45,620 nt of DNA from an uncultured Gammaproteobacteria bacterium (lineage in GTDB: Bacteria > Patescibacteriota > Microgenomatia > UBA10105 > UBA927), in contig CAYIXE010000003.1 of NCBI GenBank assembly GCA_964367095.1, positions 1 to 45,620 on the forward strand. Direction: 5' to 3'. This document shows, in pieces, positions 1-9,898 of this stretch; position 1 is the first letter of the stretch, and every line of letters begins with the position of its first letter. The notes beneath the pieces were generated by a model. That model made no database searches. It was not told the DNA's origin and saw nothing but the letters and a program-made list of their open reading frames with translations. The translations under genes and the position numbers were made by a program.

Positions 1-54
1 TCAAACGAAAACTGAGAAATCAGAAACTCCCGAAAATTGAGAAGTCAGTTTACA
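1..54. mobile_element. Terminal end (...TTTACA) of an element related to the 36409-36601 MITE, truncated by the window edge
   Basis: AAACTGAGAAATCA (9-22) and AAATTGAGAAGTCA (34-47), 25 bp apart, then GTTTACA. Same architecture as the right end at 36557-36601. Confidence 0.7.
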
Positions 55-124
55 TCCCTCTACCAACAGTATGAAGCTTTTCGTAATTGGTAGACACTTA
101 TGGTCATTGACAAAGCCCGATTTC

Positions 125-153
125 TTGCGCAAGAATAGAAAGTAGGATATAAT
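125..153 (+). promoter_or_regulatory. Sigma70-type promoter for the first pilin gene
   Basis: TTGCGC-17 bp-TATAAT, 9 nt upstream of ATG 163. Confidence 0.6.
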
Positions 154-162
154 TTAGAAGAT

Positions 163-495
163 ATGGGAAAAATACTTGCTCAAGCCAAACTCGAAATCAA
201 ACAGCCAACGGACATAGTCAAAATTACTGACATCGGTCAACTCATCTCGGCTTTGGTTGGTACGACGCTTATCATCGCTTCACTTTTGGCATTTCTCTAT
301 CTTCTGATGGGCGGCATCAAATGGATTACATCAGGCGGCGATAAAGCAGGCATGGAAGAAGCGAGAAATAAAATCACGCACGCGATTGTAGGCCTTATCA
401 TCGTAGGAGCAGCATGGGCCATCATGAATCTGGTACAAAACTTCTTGGGTGTACAGATCATTGGTGGAAGCTTGAATTTTCCCAAACCCTACTAA
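163..495 (+). CDS. VirB2/TrbC-like T4SS pilin (CPR pilin family)
   Basis: 110 aa; two hydrophobic helices around GGIKWITSGGDK...ARNKITHAIVGLII, the typical pilin motif. Confidence 0.85.
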   Translation: MGKILAQAKLEIKQPTDIVKITDIGQLISALVGTTLIIASLLAFLYLLMGGIKWITSGGDKAGMEEARNKITHAIVGLIIVGAAWAIMNLVQNFLGVQIIGGSLNFPKPY

Positions 496-542
496 CACAA
501 ACGCTTCTTGAGTATTGAGAATACTTCTCTCATAATACATAT

Positions 543-884
543 ATGGCTGAATGGAGTAATTGTTTTGAGAAAATACTCATCGATGGAAAAGACGTTGCTG
601 AAAAAGTGCCAACTATCCGATGCTTAGAGCCTCTTTTTGCAAATATTGTATATGCCGTGACGGCATTTGGGGGTATCGCTCTCTTTCTCATGCTTTTGGT
701 CGGCGGATTTAACTTCCTTTTCTCGGCAGGCGATCCCAAAAAACTTGAGCAGGCCAGGGGGACCATAAGCCAAGCAATAGTGGGACTTCTCATCATGTCT
801 GCGGCGTATCTTATCATCAATCTCATTGGCAAATTCACAGGAATCGAGAGTATCACCACATTTTCTGTTCCTGAGTTTCAATAA
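543..884 (+). CDS. VirB2/TrbC-like T4SS pilin (CPR pilin family)
   Basis: 113 aa; GGFNFLFSAGDPKKLEQARGTISQAIVGLLI motif; paralog of the upstream gene; N-terminal Cys pair. Confidence 0.85.
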   Translation: MAEWSNCFEKILIDGKDVAEKVPTIRCLEPLFANIVYAVTAFGGIALFLMLLVGGFNFLFSAGDPKKLEQARGTISQAIVGLLIMSAAYLIINLIGKFTGIESITTFSVPEFQ

Positions 885-937
885 AAAGCGTTACGGTCAT
901 TGCGCCATACAAATGGTTTTGAGATAATAATTTTAGT

Positions 938-2650
938 ATGCCACGAATCATAAAATACCCTGTCACAACAATCTTTTTCGTATTTCTTGCCATAATTTCT
1001 CCTATCTCTTCAGTTTTCGCACAAGAAAATGAAGAATGCTCATGGATAGGTGAAACCATGTCGTGCTTTACGCAAGTTCTTAAAAAATCAAACGAGGGAA
1101 CGCTGAATAAAGAAGGGTCAGAATTTGCCACAACCAACAATAGTATCAACGCTCTCTCCATCATGATTGGCGGCGCGTGGGAGAAAACCAAAGAAGGAAC
1201 CGCTATACCCTTAAACTTTCAAAATGGTGCGTTAAGCGGCCTCGGAGGCTCAATGATCGCTATGTATGCTAATCCCCCAGCTTCAACGAAAGAGTATGCG
1301 ATAGATTTAGGAAAAACACTTGGCTTTATACCAAAATCCGCCATGGCTCAAGGCATCGGTTTTGCTGGTTTAGCGCCTCTTCTTCCTCTTTGGAAGGTGT
1401 TTCGTGATGTTTCCTACGGCATACTTGCAATAATTCTTATCGTCGTAGGCCTTATGGTTATGTTTCGCAAAAAAATCGATCCAAAGACGGTGGTCACGGT
1501 CCAAAACTCCATCCCCCGCATCGTGGTTGCATTACTTCTTGTCACTTTTTCATACTTAATCGTAGGTCTTATGATTGATGGCATGTATTTACTGATAACA
1601 CTCTCTATCTCAATGATAAGCTCAGCTACTGGAGAGACAATTGGACAAGCCCTAAGCTTTGCAAATGCTCCCAGAACCGTAGCAAGTGCCATAACTGGCA
1701 ATGATGATGGAACGGTTTATAAACTGTTAAATTGGGTAGTTAATGATAAATTTCCTACTACAGTAGGAAGTGCAGTAGAAAATTTACTTAATACTACATT
1801 AACTACTACCGGCCTAGGCTCATTTACCATTGACACTACTCATACCACAAAGGAGGTAACAGACTCGCTTTTTAATGGCGGGCTTTGGGGCATGACTAAA
1901 TTCTTTTTTGGAAGCGGATTGAATGCGTGGGACGATCTTAGTGCTAGCTTAACCCCGTCCCCGTCAAACAAGTTTGCGGTAAATGCCCTCACTGGGATTC
2001 TTGGATATTTTATTGGTGGTCCCAAGGGGTTTGCTGCAGGACTTACGATTTTTAGCGCACCGGGCCTTTTAGTTTTGATAATACTGTTAGTTTTACTTTT
2101 TGGCTTCGTGCGCATCGTCTTTATGCTCATTGATGCGTACATAAATATCATAATTTCTCTCCTAATCGCACCGTTTCAGTTGGTCCTTGAGGCAATTCCC
2201 GGATCTACTTCTTTTAGTTCGTGGATTCGTCACTTACTCTCTAAAATTATTGTCTTTCCAATTACCATCGTTCTCCTTTTAGTTTCAGCGATACTTACCT
2301 ATCAACCAAATGCCACCTCAATATGGGCGCCGCCGCTTCTTGCAGATGAAGGAGCGTACGGAATGGCCGGCCTCATTGGGCTTGGCATGATCCTTATTAT
2401 TCCAACGTTTGTCGCTGGTATTCAAAAATCTATGAAGGCTGAGCCCGCAATACCTGGAGGAGTCGGTACTATGCTAGGCCCTCTTGGCCAAGGAGTAGGA
2501 TCGCTCATGAATATCTTGTATCAAGGAAGTATGATCAAGAGCATGCTTCCAGGAAAACACGCATCGTCACCATCACACGTAGTTAGAAAGGGATCCCAAC
2601 AAGGATTTGGGGCACTCACTGGTGAAGGCCAAGGCGAGGAACACTCGTAG
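938..2650 (+). CDS. Polytopic membrane protein, VirB6/TrbL-like
   Basis: 570 aa; signal peptide and several TM segments (SIPRIVVALLLVTFSY; AYINIIISLLIAPF...WIRHLL); follows the pilins. Confidence 0.65.
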   Translation: MPRIIKYPVTTIFFVFLAIISPISSVFAQENEECSWIGETMSCFTQVLKKSNEGTLNKEGSEFATTNNSINALSIMIGGAWEKTKEGTAIPLNFQNGALSGLGGSMIAMYANPPASTKEYAIDLGKTLGFIPKSAMAQGIGFAGLAPLLPLWKVFRDVSYGILAIILIVVGLMVMFRKKIDPKTVVTVQNSIPRIVVALLLVTFSYLIVGLMIDGMYLLITLSISMISSATGETIGQALSFANAPRTVASAITGNDDGTVYKLLNWVVNDKFPTTVGSAVENLLNTTLTTTGLGSFTIDTTHTTKEVTDSLFNGGLWGMTKFFFGSGLNAWDDLSASLTPSPSNKFAVNALTGILGYFIGGPKGFAAGLTIFSAPGLLVLIILLVLLFGFVRIVFMLIDAYINIIISLLIAPFQLVLEAIPGSTSFSSWIRHLLSKIIVFPITIVLLLVSAILTYQPNATSIWAPPLLADEGAYGMAGLIGLGMILIIPTFVAGIQKSMKAEPAIPGGVGTMLGPLGQGVGSLMNILYQGSMIKSMLPGKHASSPSHVVRKGSQQGFGALTGEGQGEEHS

Positions 2651-2654
2651 AAAA

Positions 2655-5600
2655 TTAATGTCCTCCGCCGTCTTTTTTCCCTTCTTCGGTCACCGCCTGC
2701 GTGGCGGCGGTAGCAATGGTAATCGCAAAAAGCACAAACCAATATTTGCGAACGAGCGCCCATGTCCGAGATCCCAAGCGCGTCTTAAACTCGTTTCGCA
2801 AATCGTGTGCATACTCATGATGATTGATAAATAGACCCATTTGTTCCATGCCGGAGATAATTTCTTCCATCTTCGCCTCGTCATACGCATTGGCATGCGC
2901 ACCTGTGTAACGCACTGCATATGATATATATTCACCAAATGAATGCGGCCAGTGCGTCACTTTCTCATCCATCAATTTCTCCCACCGTTGTTTCCCTGCA
3001 GCAAATTTCAATGGTTTTAAAATCCATGCATCTTTCAACCATCGCAAGTCCCACTCAGCTATTCCTTTAATAGCCTTCGTTCCCAAATCAAATGGAATCC
3101 ATTCTAAATTAAGGTGCCTGTGTCTGTTCATCTCCAAAAATACACGGGCTAATTCTTTCACTGTCGCCTCAGCAGCATCCGCTCCGGAATAGTCTATAAT
3201 CGCTTCGCGCACCTCTTTAAACTTTTCAAGCGTCTTGAGGGGGTCGGTAGGTGACAATACCATTTCTTGGTTAGAAATGATAGCTAAAATTGCATCGCGT
3301 GCTCTCATCTGTCCGCCTACATCTCTAATCCTTCTGTGCATCGCCACAGTTCCCAACTGATAAAAATTTGTGTCTTTCCAATCAAAGTCAGTCAAAGACA
3401 TGGTAAGAGGAAGACTAAGTTCCGCAACAGCGTCCATTTTTGTATGAAAAGTTTTTCCGCCACCGGTTTCTACTTTTCTCTTTTCATACACAACAGATTG
3501 CATGTCTTCAAGCACTTTTCTCATCTGTTCTTGCCTGCCCGCATCTGTTACTCCAAGCGATGTCAAAAACGGAGACATGAGCGCGTCAAAGTCTTTCTTG
3601 TCTGCCATGTCAATTCTTGCAAATTGCCACTCTTTTTCATGTGCCGACTTTAATTCCGCCAAGGATAACGCCTCTTTAAAATGCCCCCACTCTTTATCGG
3701 TAATGCCGTGTTTTAACAATATTTTTTCTGAATCTTCCTGCAATAACTCCAAAAACTTCGAAGGATTTCTTCTCAGCATTCGGTCAAGAATAGGTTTTCT
3801 TTCCTCTGCGTTTTTAGCAGCCAGCAACTGAATTGATAATGCTTGATTATCCAAAAGCATCGCGTTCTCAGGCAACTTTTTCATATCCATCACTTTGTTT
3901 CGAAATTCATCAAACACACCCTTCTCAAGCCGCCATCCGGTGCCATCATAAAATCCGCCTGTTTTCATAAATCCAGGGCCCAATAATTCACTAAACGATA
4001 TACCGCTTATGTCTTCTGCAAATTCTGCCGTTTCCATGGCGGCTTTTTTTGCCGCGTCGTGCTCTCCATGCTTTGCTTCTCTCCATTCTTTCGTGTGACT
4101 CAACTTCCCGTGAGATTCTCCTCCACCACCAAACAATCCGCTGATTTTTCGCCGGACCCAACTCGTTTTTTTCTCATCTATTTTTTTTGTATTTAATAAA
4201 TTTTTGCGGAAGACATTTCGCGCTGCTTTTCCAAAGTCTCCACCTATACTAAAACGAGACGCAAACACTTCCGGATTAAAAATACGCTGCAGGTCTTCAA
4301 ACGCAGGCGCGCGCATTACGTCTTTTCCGGATGGAGACTCATGCCCCGACGTCCTGGGTGCAACAGACATCATCGCGCCAATCATCGCCATGCGGCCTGA
4401 TCCAATCATCGCAGTTCGGGCCGCCCACAAAGCCATACGCACTTCATACTCCGGCGGCTCTTTACCATTGTGTGTACTTTTATAGTACTCTGTAAGACGC
4501 TTGCGAACCTCAATGTCGACGGGTGACAATCCTCTGGTTTGAAGCAGTTTTTGAGTAAAATTATCGTCAATAGACAATTCTCGCTGAGCATAAATTTTAT
4601 AAAGCCTATTCACTTCCTGCAATTGATCCAATTCTTTTTCGGTTAGTTTCGTGCCATCCTGTTGTTTCTTTATAAGCCCATCGCGCTCGGCCTGAAGTTT
4701 GGTAAGCTTAATGTGCATCTCGGTATAGCTTTGTACATCATCATCCCACAGCATGACGCCCTCTGCCGCTAGATCATTTTGGGTTTGAATTTCATACATG
4801 AGCTTTTGATCCTCTACAGTGAGAGAACTTTGGGTTCTCTCTCCTTTCTCATTTACCCCTTCTTCACGCTGTTTGCTTTTTAATTTCTCAAGAAGCTCTT
4901 CGCGTGTTTTAAATTTCTCGTTGTTCCACTCAACAGGGCTCTCCATGTACTTAACTGCCTCGCCATACTTTCGTCGTTTTTCCGCCATCGTTTCAAACAT
5001 GACGTGTTCATATAGGTTATATGCAACGTTTGAGTTATCGAAGTTTTTATAGAGATGATCTAGGTCAGCGCCGGTCAAAAGCGACATGGCCTTTAAACGA
5101 TCTTTCACATCCCCCGGGTTATACATCAGACCCTTTACTGAATACTCAAATTGCCCTCGACTATCCCAGTGCTTCTGATACAGCTGAACTGCTAAATGAT
5201 ACTCATCGCCGTATTTCCATACCAAGTAATCCTTAAACTCCTGGAAACGCTGCTCGTGGGTTAAGCCCGGGCGCGACTCTTCCCGACCCATAGAATAAAT
5301 CTGATCGATAAAGTTAAAGTACCAATCCGCCTCTCCTTCTGCTCCTCGTTTGAAATATTTACTTATTTCATCTTTGGTGATATCCCGAAACATAAATGCT
5401 TGATTATCAACATGCTCAACCCCTTTGGGAGCATCATTTTTTACTTCCGACCATCGAATAATACCTCGCGTGTCTTCCGCCTCTAGTTTCTCCGCCACCC
5501 ACGCCTCAAGCGTACGCGCGCGGTTGACCGCCTCACGAACAATCTTAGGATCAAGATTGTCTTTCTGTCCTGCCTTCACAATCTCTTTCACCACATTATC

Positions 5601-6263
5601 AACCAAGTGCTGATCACGAAACAGTGAATTAGGATCAACTTCTAATCGAAACTGCAAATTCTGCAATTCTTTCCCGACAGATGTATCCTTTAACAGTGAT
5701 TCATTTGGTCCGTCGTAGAGCTGTTTGATTATTTCTTTATACTCAGGATCAGTGATGCCGGAGGACTCTTCCTGATCTGACAAGCCTGATCCACCTGAAA
5801 TTTCCGGCATTGCGCGAAGTCGTAAATCTGACAAGCTCGGATTTTGTTCAATAATGCGATTTAAATACTTACGGGCCTCAACTCCTGTTTCGCTAAAATA
5901 TCCCGCTTCTGCAGCGACATTTGCAAGACGTTCTCCAATTGAACGCATATAGGTAGCATCTTGTAACATCGCCTCATCTGCTACCAAAAGCGACTCAACT
6001 ATCGAAAATACTCGCTCATCTTTAGGATACTCGCCACTGCCGATGATTTTTTGTGCAGCCTCTTTCACTCCTTGAGATAATTTGTTGGTAAACTCAATCA
6101 TCCGCTCAGCGAACACCGAATGAACATCACTTGGGGCCACATTTTCTATTACTGGCCCCTCAGCTGGTTTTACTTCCTCTAGGTTTGGCTTTGGCTCCGC
6201 GGCCTGAGCTGCTGCTTTTTTCGCAGCCTCAGCAATTCTTCTGGATAATTCTTCTCCTGCCAT
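2655..6263 (-). CDS. Large hypothetical protein, charged and helical, with a C-terminal hydrophobic segment
   Basis: 1202-aa ORF; TAGAAT 6 nt upstream of ATG; no motif recognised. Confidence 0.85.
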   Translation of the reverse strand: MAGEELSRRIAEAAKKAAAQAAEPKPNLEEVKPAEGPVIENVAPSDVHSVFAERMIEFTNKLSQGVKEAAQKIIGSGEYPKDERVFSIVESLLVADEAMLQDATYMRSIGERLANVAAEAGYFSETGVEARKYLNRIIEQNPSLSDLRLRAMPEISGGSGLSDQEESSGITDPEYKEIIKQLYDGPNESLLKDTSVGKELQNLQFRLEVDPNSLFRDQHLVDNVVKEIVKAGQKDNLDPKIVREAVNRARTLEAWVAEKLEAEDTRGIIRWSEVKNDAPKGVEHVDNQAFMFRDITKDEISKYFKRGAEGEADWYFNFIDQIYSMGREESRPGLTHEQRFQEFKDYLVWKYGDEYHLAVQLYQKHWDSRGQFEYSVKGLMYNPGDVKDRLKAMSLLTGADLDHLYKNFDNSNVAYNLYEHVMFETMAEKRRKYGEAVKYMESPVEWNNEKFKTREELLEKLKSKQREEGVNEKGERTQSSLTVEDQKLMYEIQTQNDLAAEGVMLWDDDVQSYTEMHIKLTKLQAERDGLIKKQQDGTKLTEKELDQLQEVNRLYKIYAQRELSIDDNFTQKLLQTRGLSPVDIEVRKRLTEYYKSTHNGKEPPEYEVRMALWAARTAMIGSGRMAMIGAMMSVAPRTSGHESPSGKDVMRAPAFEDLQRIFNPEVFASRFSIGGDFGKAARNVFRKNLLNTKKIDEKKTSWVRRKISGLFGGGGESHGKLSHTKEWREAKHGEHDAAKKAAMETAEFAEDISGISFSELLGPGFMKTGGFYDGTGWRLEKGVFDEFRNKVMDMKKLPENAMLLDNQALSIQLLAAKNAEERKPILDRMLRRNPSKFLELLQEDSEKILLKHGITDKEWGHFKEALSLAELKSAHEKEWQFARIDMADKKDFDALMSPFLTSLGVTDAGRQEQMRKVLEDMQSVVYEKRKVETGGGKTFHTKMDAVAELSLPLTMSLTDFDWKDTNFYQLGTVAMHRRIRDVGGQMRARDAILAIISNQEMVLSPTDPLKTLEKFKEVREAIIDYSGADAAEATVKELARVFLEMNRHRHLNLEWIPFDLGTKAIKGIAEWDLRWLKDAWILKPLKFAAGKQRWEKLMDEKVTHWPHSFGEYISYAVRYTGAHANAYDEAKMEEIISGMEQMGLFINHHEYAHDLRNEFKTRLGSRTWALVRKYWFVLFAITIATAATQAVTEEGKKDGGGH

Positions 6264-6307
6264 ATATTTATTCTATCCTTTAGGGAAGGTGCATACAAGG
6301 CGAGGTG

Positions 6308-6871
6308 TCAGAGGAGTACATATAATCCATGCTCTTTCATGTAGTCTTCAATTCCCAAAGGGACAAACGTATCGTTGGGCAATCCTCGTTTGACACGTTC
6401 TCTAATTTTGGTTGATGAAATATCTGTTACGGTAAGAAGCGGATCAGAAACTACCGTCATTCCGCTTGGCAACGGCGCATACGAATACCCTTGTCTTGGG
6501 AAAATATAAAAAGGCAATTTTTTAAGGAGTGCTTTCCAATCTCCCCACTCGTCCATTCGCAAAATCCAATCACTCCCAATTAAAAAGTGATACACATGCT
6601 CTGGTGGTAAAAATCTAAGAAGTTCAACTGTATCTCCGGAGAGTTTGTGCACAATCTCAAAATCACATATTTTTATCCGTTTCGTCTCAAGCATTTTTGT
6701 CATGGCGAGGCGATCATTGGCAGGCGCCATGTCTGTTTTTGGTGGTATTTGTCCGTAATTGGGAAGAAGCCATACTTCATCCGTGGGAGTAAAATCCAAC
6801 ACCTGTTGTGCTATCTGAAGATGCCCTAAATGCGGCGGGTTAAACGCGCCACCAAACAATACAATGTTCAT
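6308..6871 (-). CDS. nadD: Nicotinate-nucleotide adenylyltransferase
   Basis: FGGAFNPPHLGH (HxGH), IGSD and ISSTKIR motifs. Confidence 0.93.
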   Translation of the reverse strand: MNIVLFGGAFNPPHLGHLQIAQQVLDFTPTDEVWLLPNYGQIPPKTDMAPANDRLAMTKMLETKRIKICDFEIVHKLSGDTVELLRFLPPEHVYHFLIGSDWILRMDEWGDWKALLKKLPFYIFPRQGYSYAPLPSGMTVVSDPLLTVTDISSTKIRERVKRGLPNDTFVPLGIEDYMKEHGLYVLL

Positions 6872-6891
6872 GGTATATCACTAAATTTTGT

Positions 6892-7287
6892 TTACGAATA
6901 CAACTTAATATCTGCAATTCTACTAAAATGCTTACGGTTTTTTGTAACTAATACAAGATCATTTACTAAAGCTGTCGCCCCAATGATTAAATCAAAATCT
7001 TCCAGCCTTGATCCTTGTTTTTCTAAACCAACTTTTAAATTAATAAAATTATCAGCTATTTTTTGATCAAATTCTACTACCGCAATATCTAGCTCAATGA
7101 GAAAATCAGTAAAGTATTTACGTGCTTTATCAGGGTTATTTGATCTTCGGATACCATAAACAATCTCAGACCACGTGATAACACTTATAAACAAATCATC
7201 TTTTGCGACGCTTACAATTGAAGAAAGATACTCACTCTTATTATTTAGATGATCAATAATGACATCGCTATCAAGAAGAAGTCCCAT
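6892..7287 (-). CDS. vapC: PIN-domain VapC toxin
   Basis: LLDSDVII, SE, DFDLIIGATA, LVTKNRKHF PIN motifs. Confidence 0.92.
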   Translation of the reverse strand: MGLLLDSDVIIDHLNNKSEYLSSIVSVAKDDLFISVITWSEIVYGIRRSNNPDKARKYFTDFLIELDIAVVEFDQKIADNFINLKVGLEKQGSRLEDFDLIIGATALVNDLVLVTKNRKHFSRIADIKLYS

Positions 7288-7288
7288 G

Positions 7289-7552
7289 TTAATTAAATAT
7301 CTTAAAACTTTTTCTAAAAGATTTAGAAGATTTTACTATTTCTTTTGAATCGTGCGCATCCCAGACTCCTGAATATTTCGCCATTATTTCAGATCGAGAT
7401 ACCGCTTTGTTTGTTGAATTTGCAACTTTAATAATTTTAATCATAGGTTTACCCATTTTTTCCACAATAATTTCATAATCTTTGTAATACGCTAGATTCA
7501 TTAGCTCCCCAAAATTTTTCCTCGCCTCGTATGCAGATATTGTTTTTAACAT
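7289..7552 (-). CDS. Phd/YefM-family antitoxin
   Basis: ISAYEARKNFGELMN...IIVEKMGKP; directly upstream of the PIN toxin. Confidence 0.88.
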   Translation of the reverse strand: MLKTISAYEARKNFGELMNLAYYKDYEIIVEKMGKPMIKIIKVANSTNKAVSRSEIMAKYSGVWDAHDSKEIVKSSKSFRKSFKIFN

Positions 7553-7558
7553 AACTAG

Positions 7559-7591
7559 TCAAATTGTACAATTTGATCAATCTGATGTCAA
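7559..7591 (-). promoter_or_regulatory. Toxin-antitoxin promoter with overlapping palindromic operator
   Basis: Minus strand TTGACA (7591-7586)-17 bp-TACAAT (7568-7563); perfect 18-bp palindrome TCAAATTGTACAATTTGA (7559-7576) covers the -10. Confidence 0.85.
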
Positions 7592-7598
7592 GAAGAAA

Positions 7599-9773
7599 TT
7601 ATATCGTTTTTGTATACCTCTCGCGGCTGCCGCGCACCACCTTCTCTCTGTTTTGGTTGACGGATCGGGGAAGCGGCAGGGTCGTCGCTGAAAACGGTGG
7701 TGACGTTTGATTATCGATAGAGAGCTTTAACACAATCTGATAGTTGCCAAGAGAAACCAACTCATCCTCCTTATACCGTTCTCCAAATTCGCGAGAAAGA
7801 AGCCTGCTATCGGCAGCTCCCACGGAAAATGAAATGAGTGAGCCTGCATTGCCAAAAATTGCTTTTTGCACCTCCTCATCTATTTGTCCCACATACTGAT
7901 TGGCAAGTGTTAAATCGAGGCGATACTTTCTGGCTTCTGATAAAATTTTGATAAATGATTGCGTCGCAAAATTTTGAAATTCATCGACATACAAATAAAA
8001 ATCTCTACGCTTTTCTTCTTCAATGTATACTCTGTTCATAGCGGCTAATTGAATTTTGGTGATAAGCATGGCACCCAAAAGGGCGCTGGTATCTTCTCCG
8101 AGCTTTCCTTGGGATAAATTGACGAGAATTATTTTCCCCTCGTTCATCATGCTTTCTAAATCAATTGTTGAATGCGGCTTGCCAACGATATTTCGAATAG
8201 TTTGAGACGACAAAAATTGTCCCACCTTGTTTAAAATTGATGAAATGGATTCACTGCGAAGTTGAGGTGATAATTTATTAAACTCATTTACCCAAAAACT
8301 CTTAAGCACTTTATCATCAAGATTTTCTATAGCCTTCATACGAAATTTTTCGTTTGTGAGAAGTTCCGGAATATCTAAAAACGTGGAGTCAGGTACGTGC
8401 GTCAACGTCAAAATCGTATTTCGCAAAATATACTCAAGTCTTGGGCCCCAGCTCATGTGGTAGAGTTTATAAAATATCGAGACGATGCCGGAGGCCACTA
8501 ACTCTCGATACGCTGGATTTTTCACTTCCAGGGGATTTAGATGAAACGGATGTTCTATGTCTGCCGGATCTAAATATACCACGTCATTTATCCTATGAGA
8601 CGGCACGTAGGTCAATAATATATCCGTAAGATCTCCGTGAGGGTCAATGACAGCAACCCCTTCACCGTTTTTCATATCATTTATTGCCATATTGGCTATA
8701 AGGGTGGATTTCCCTGTCCCTGTTTTTCCAATGATGTAGAGATGTTTACGCCTGTCTGTTCGTTCGACCCCAAATGTGGTTACCGTATTTTTAAATTCTG
8801 TACGTGCGAAAAAATTAATGTGTTTACGCGCCGTCTCATCTTCTGTGGCAATGGGAAGATTGGAAGGCGGCTCTCCCAAAAGTCGTGCTCCCCACCCAAT
8901 ATTTTTAATCATCGAAAGTCCCAACCCCTGAGGATGCCAAAGAGAAGCAAGTTCTGAATTTCCCAATATTTGTCCGACGGGAAACCCCCGAATACTTCTC
9001 TCTATAAACCCTTTCGCAAAAGCTTTTTTCTGCCAGAATGCTGGTTTTTGTACTAAAAAAGCATTTCCTTCACCCAGCGTATACACGCCAAGCGTCCCTG
9101 CGATACTTGAAAGAAGCCCCTCCGCTTCGCTCTCTGTTTGTCCGACGCAAAGCATGCGAAATGCCGTAGAGAATCCAACTTGTGCAAGTTTTTGTTCGAT
9201 GATACGGCTATGAGGATGTGATTTGGTTCTCCCAGTCGTTGATGATTGATCGGGAACACCTGCGGCTATAACGCTTGCCCCCTTTCTCTGCCAACTATTT
9301 CCAGCGGGTGAAATACAAAGCTGCAATGCAATTGCTTGAGTTTTTGGTAATTTTGCAATTTGTCCTAATACGCTTGCTAAAATATCTACATCTTTTAAGT
9401 CTTTGTACGTCTTTAGTGGATAATAGTAACTATTCCCCAACATGACGTTTCCCATCATGTGTGAAAGGGTAAAAAAGTGCTCTGCATAATCTGAAACAGG
9501 GGTCAACATTACTCTCGGGTATTGGGCGGTAAGCTGGCCCTCAATATATCCGCGCCTCGTCTCAAGAACACCGACAAAAAAATGAATTTGGCTGTTTACT
9601 GCTACTATTTCAAAACTAAACGATTCGTGGGTGTCGCGTTTGCCCATGAGCCACTCAATAATCCCAACATGAGATTTCCCACCTAGAGCGGCAAACACCT
9701 GTTCCATCGCAAGGGGCGACTCTTCGCTGTCGCGACTATTTGTCAATTCTAGAAGAACTCTCCCCTTTTCCAT
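7599..9773 (-). CDS. VirD4/TraG-like coupling ATPase (HerA/FtsK superfamily)
   Basis: Walker A GKTGTGKST, IDPHGD, Walker B YVDEFQNF, SEARKY, ANQY. Confidence 0.88.
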   Translation of the reverse strand: MEKGRVLLELTNSRDSEESPLAMEQVFAALGGKSHVGIIEWLMGKRDTHESFSFEIVAVNSQIHFFVGVLETRRGYIEGQLTAQYPRVMLTPVSDYAEHFFTLSHMMGNVMLGNSYYYPLKTYKDLKDVDILASVLGQIAKLPKTQAIALQLCISPAGNSWQRKGASVIAAGVPDQSSTTGRTKSHPHSRIIEQKLAQVGFSTAFRMLCVGQTESEAEGLLSSIAGTLGVYTLGEGNAFLVQKPAFWQKKAFAKGFIERSIRGFPVGQILGNSELASLWHPQGLGLSMIKNIGWGARLLGEPPSNLPIATEDETARKHINFFARTEFKNTVTTFGVERTDRRKHLYIIGKTGTGKSTLIANMAINDMKNGEGVAVIDPHGDLTDILLTYVPSHRINDVVYLDPADIEHPFHLNPLEVKNPAYRELVASGIVSIFYKLYHMSWGPRLEYILRNTILTLTHVPDSTFLDIPELLTNEKFRMKAIENLDDKVLKSFWVNEFNKLSPQLRSESISSILNKVGQFLSSQTIRNIVGKPHSTIDLESMMNEGKIILVNLSQGKLGEDTSALLGAMLITKIQLAAMNRVYIEEEKRRDFYLYVDEFQNFATQSFIKILSEARKYRLDLTLANQYVGQIDEEVQKAIFGNAGSLISFSVGAADSRLLSREFGERYKEDELVSLGNYQIVLKLSIDNQTSPPFSATTLPLPRSVNQNREKVVRGSRERYTKTI

Positions 9774-9898
9774 GTATCCATCTTATCATAATTTGAAAAA
9801 AATTCTCTGTCCGTGAAAACATTAAAACACGAGTTTTCACGGTCCTGATGCGCTTTGTACCCCTTGTCACACGACGCGCACCTTCCTACAATGGTTAT

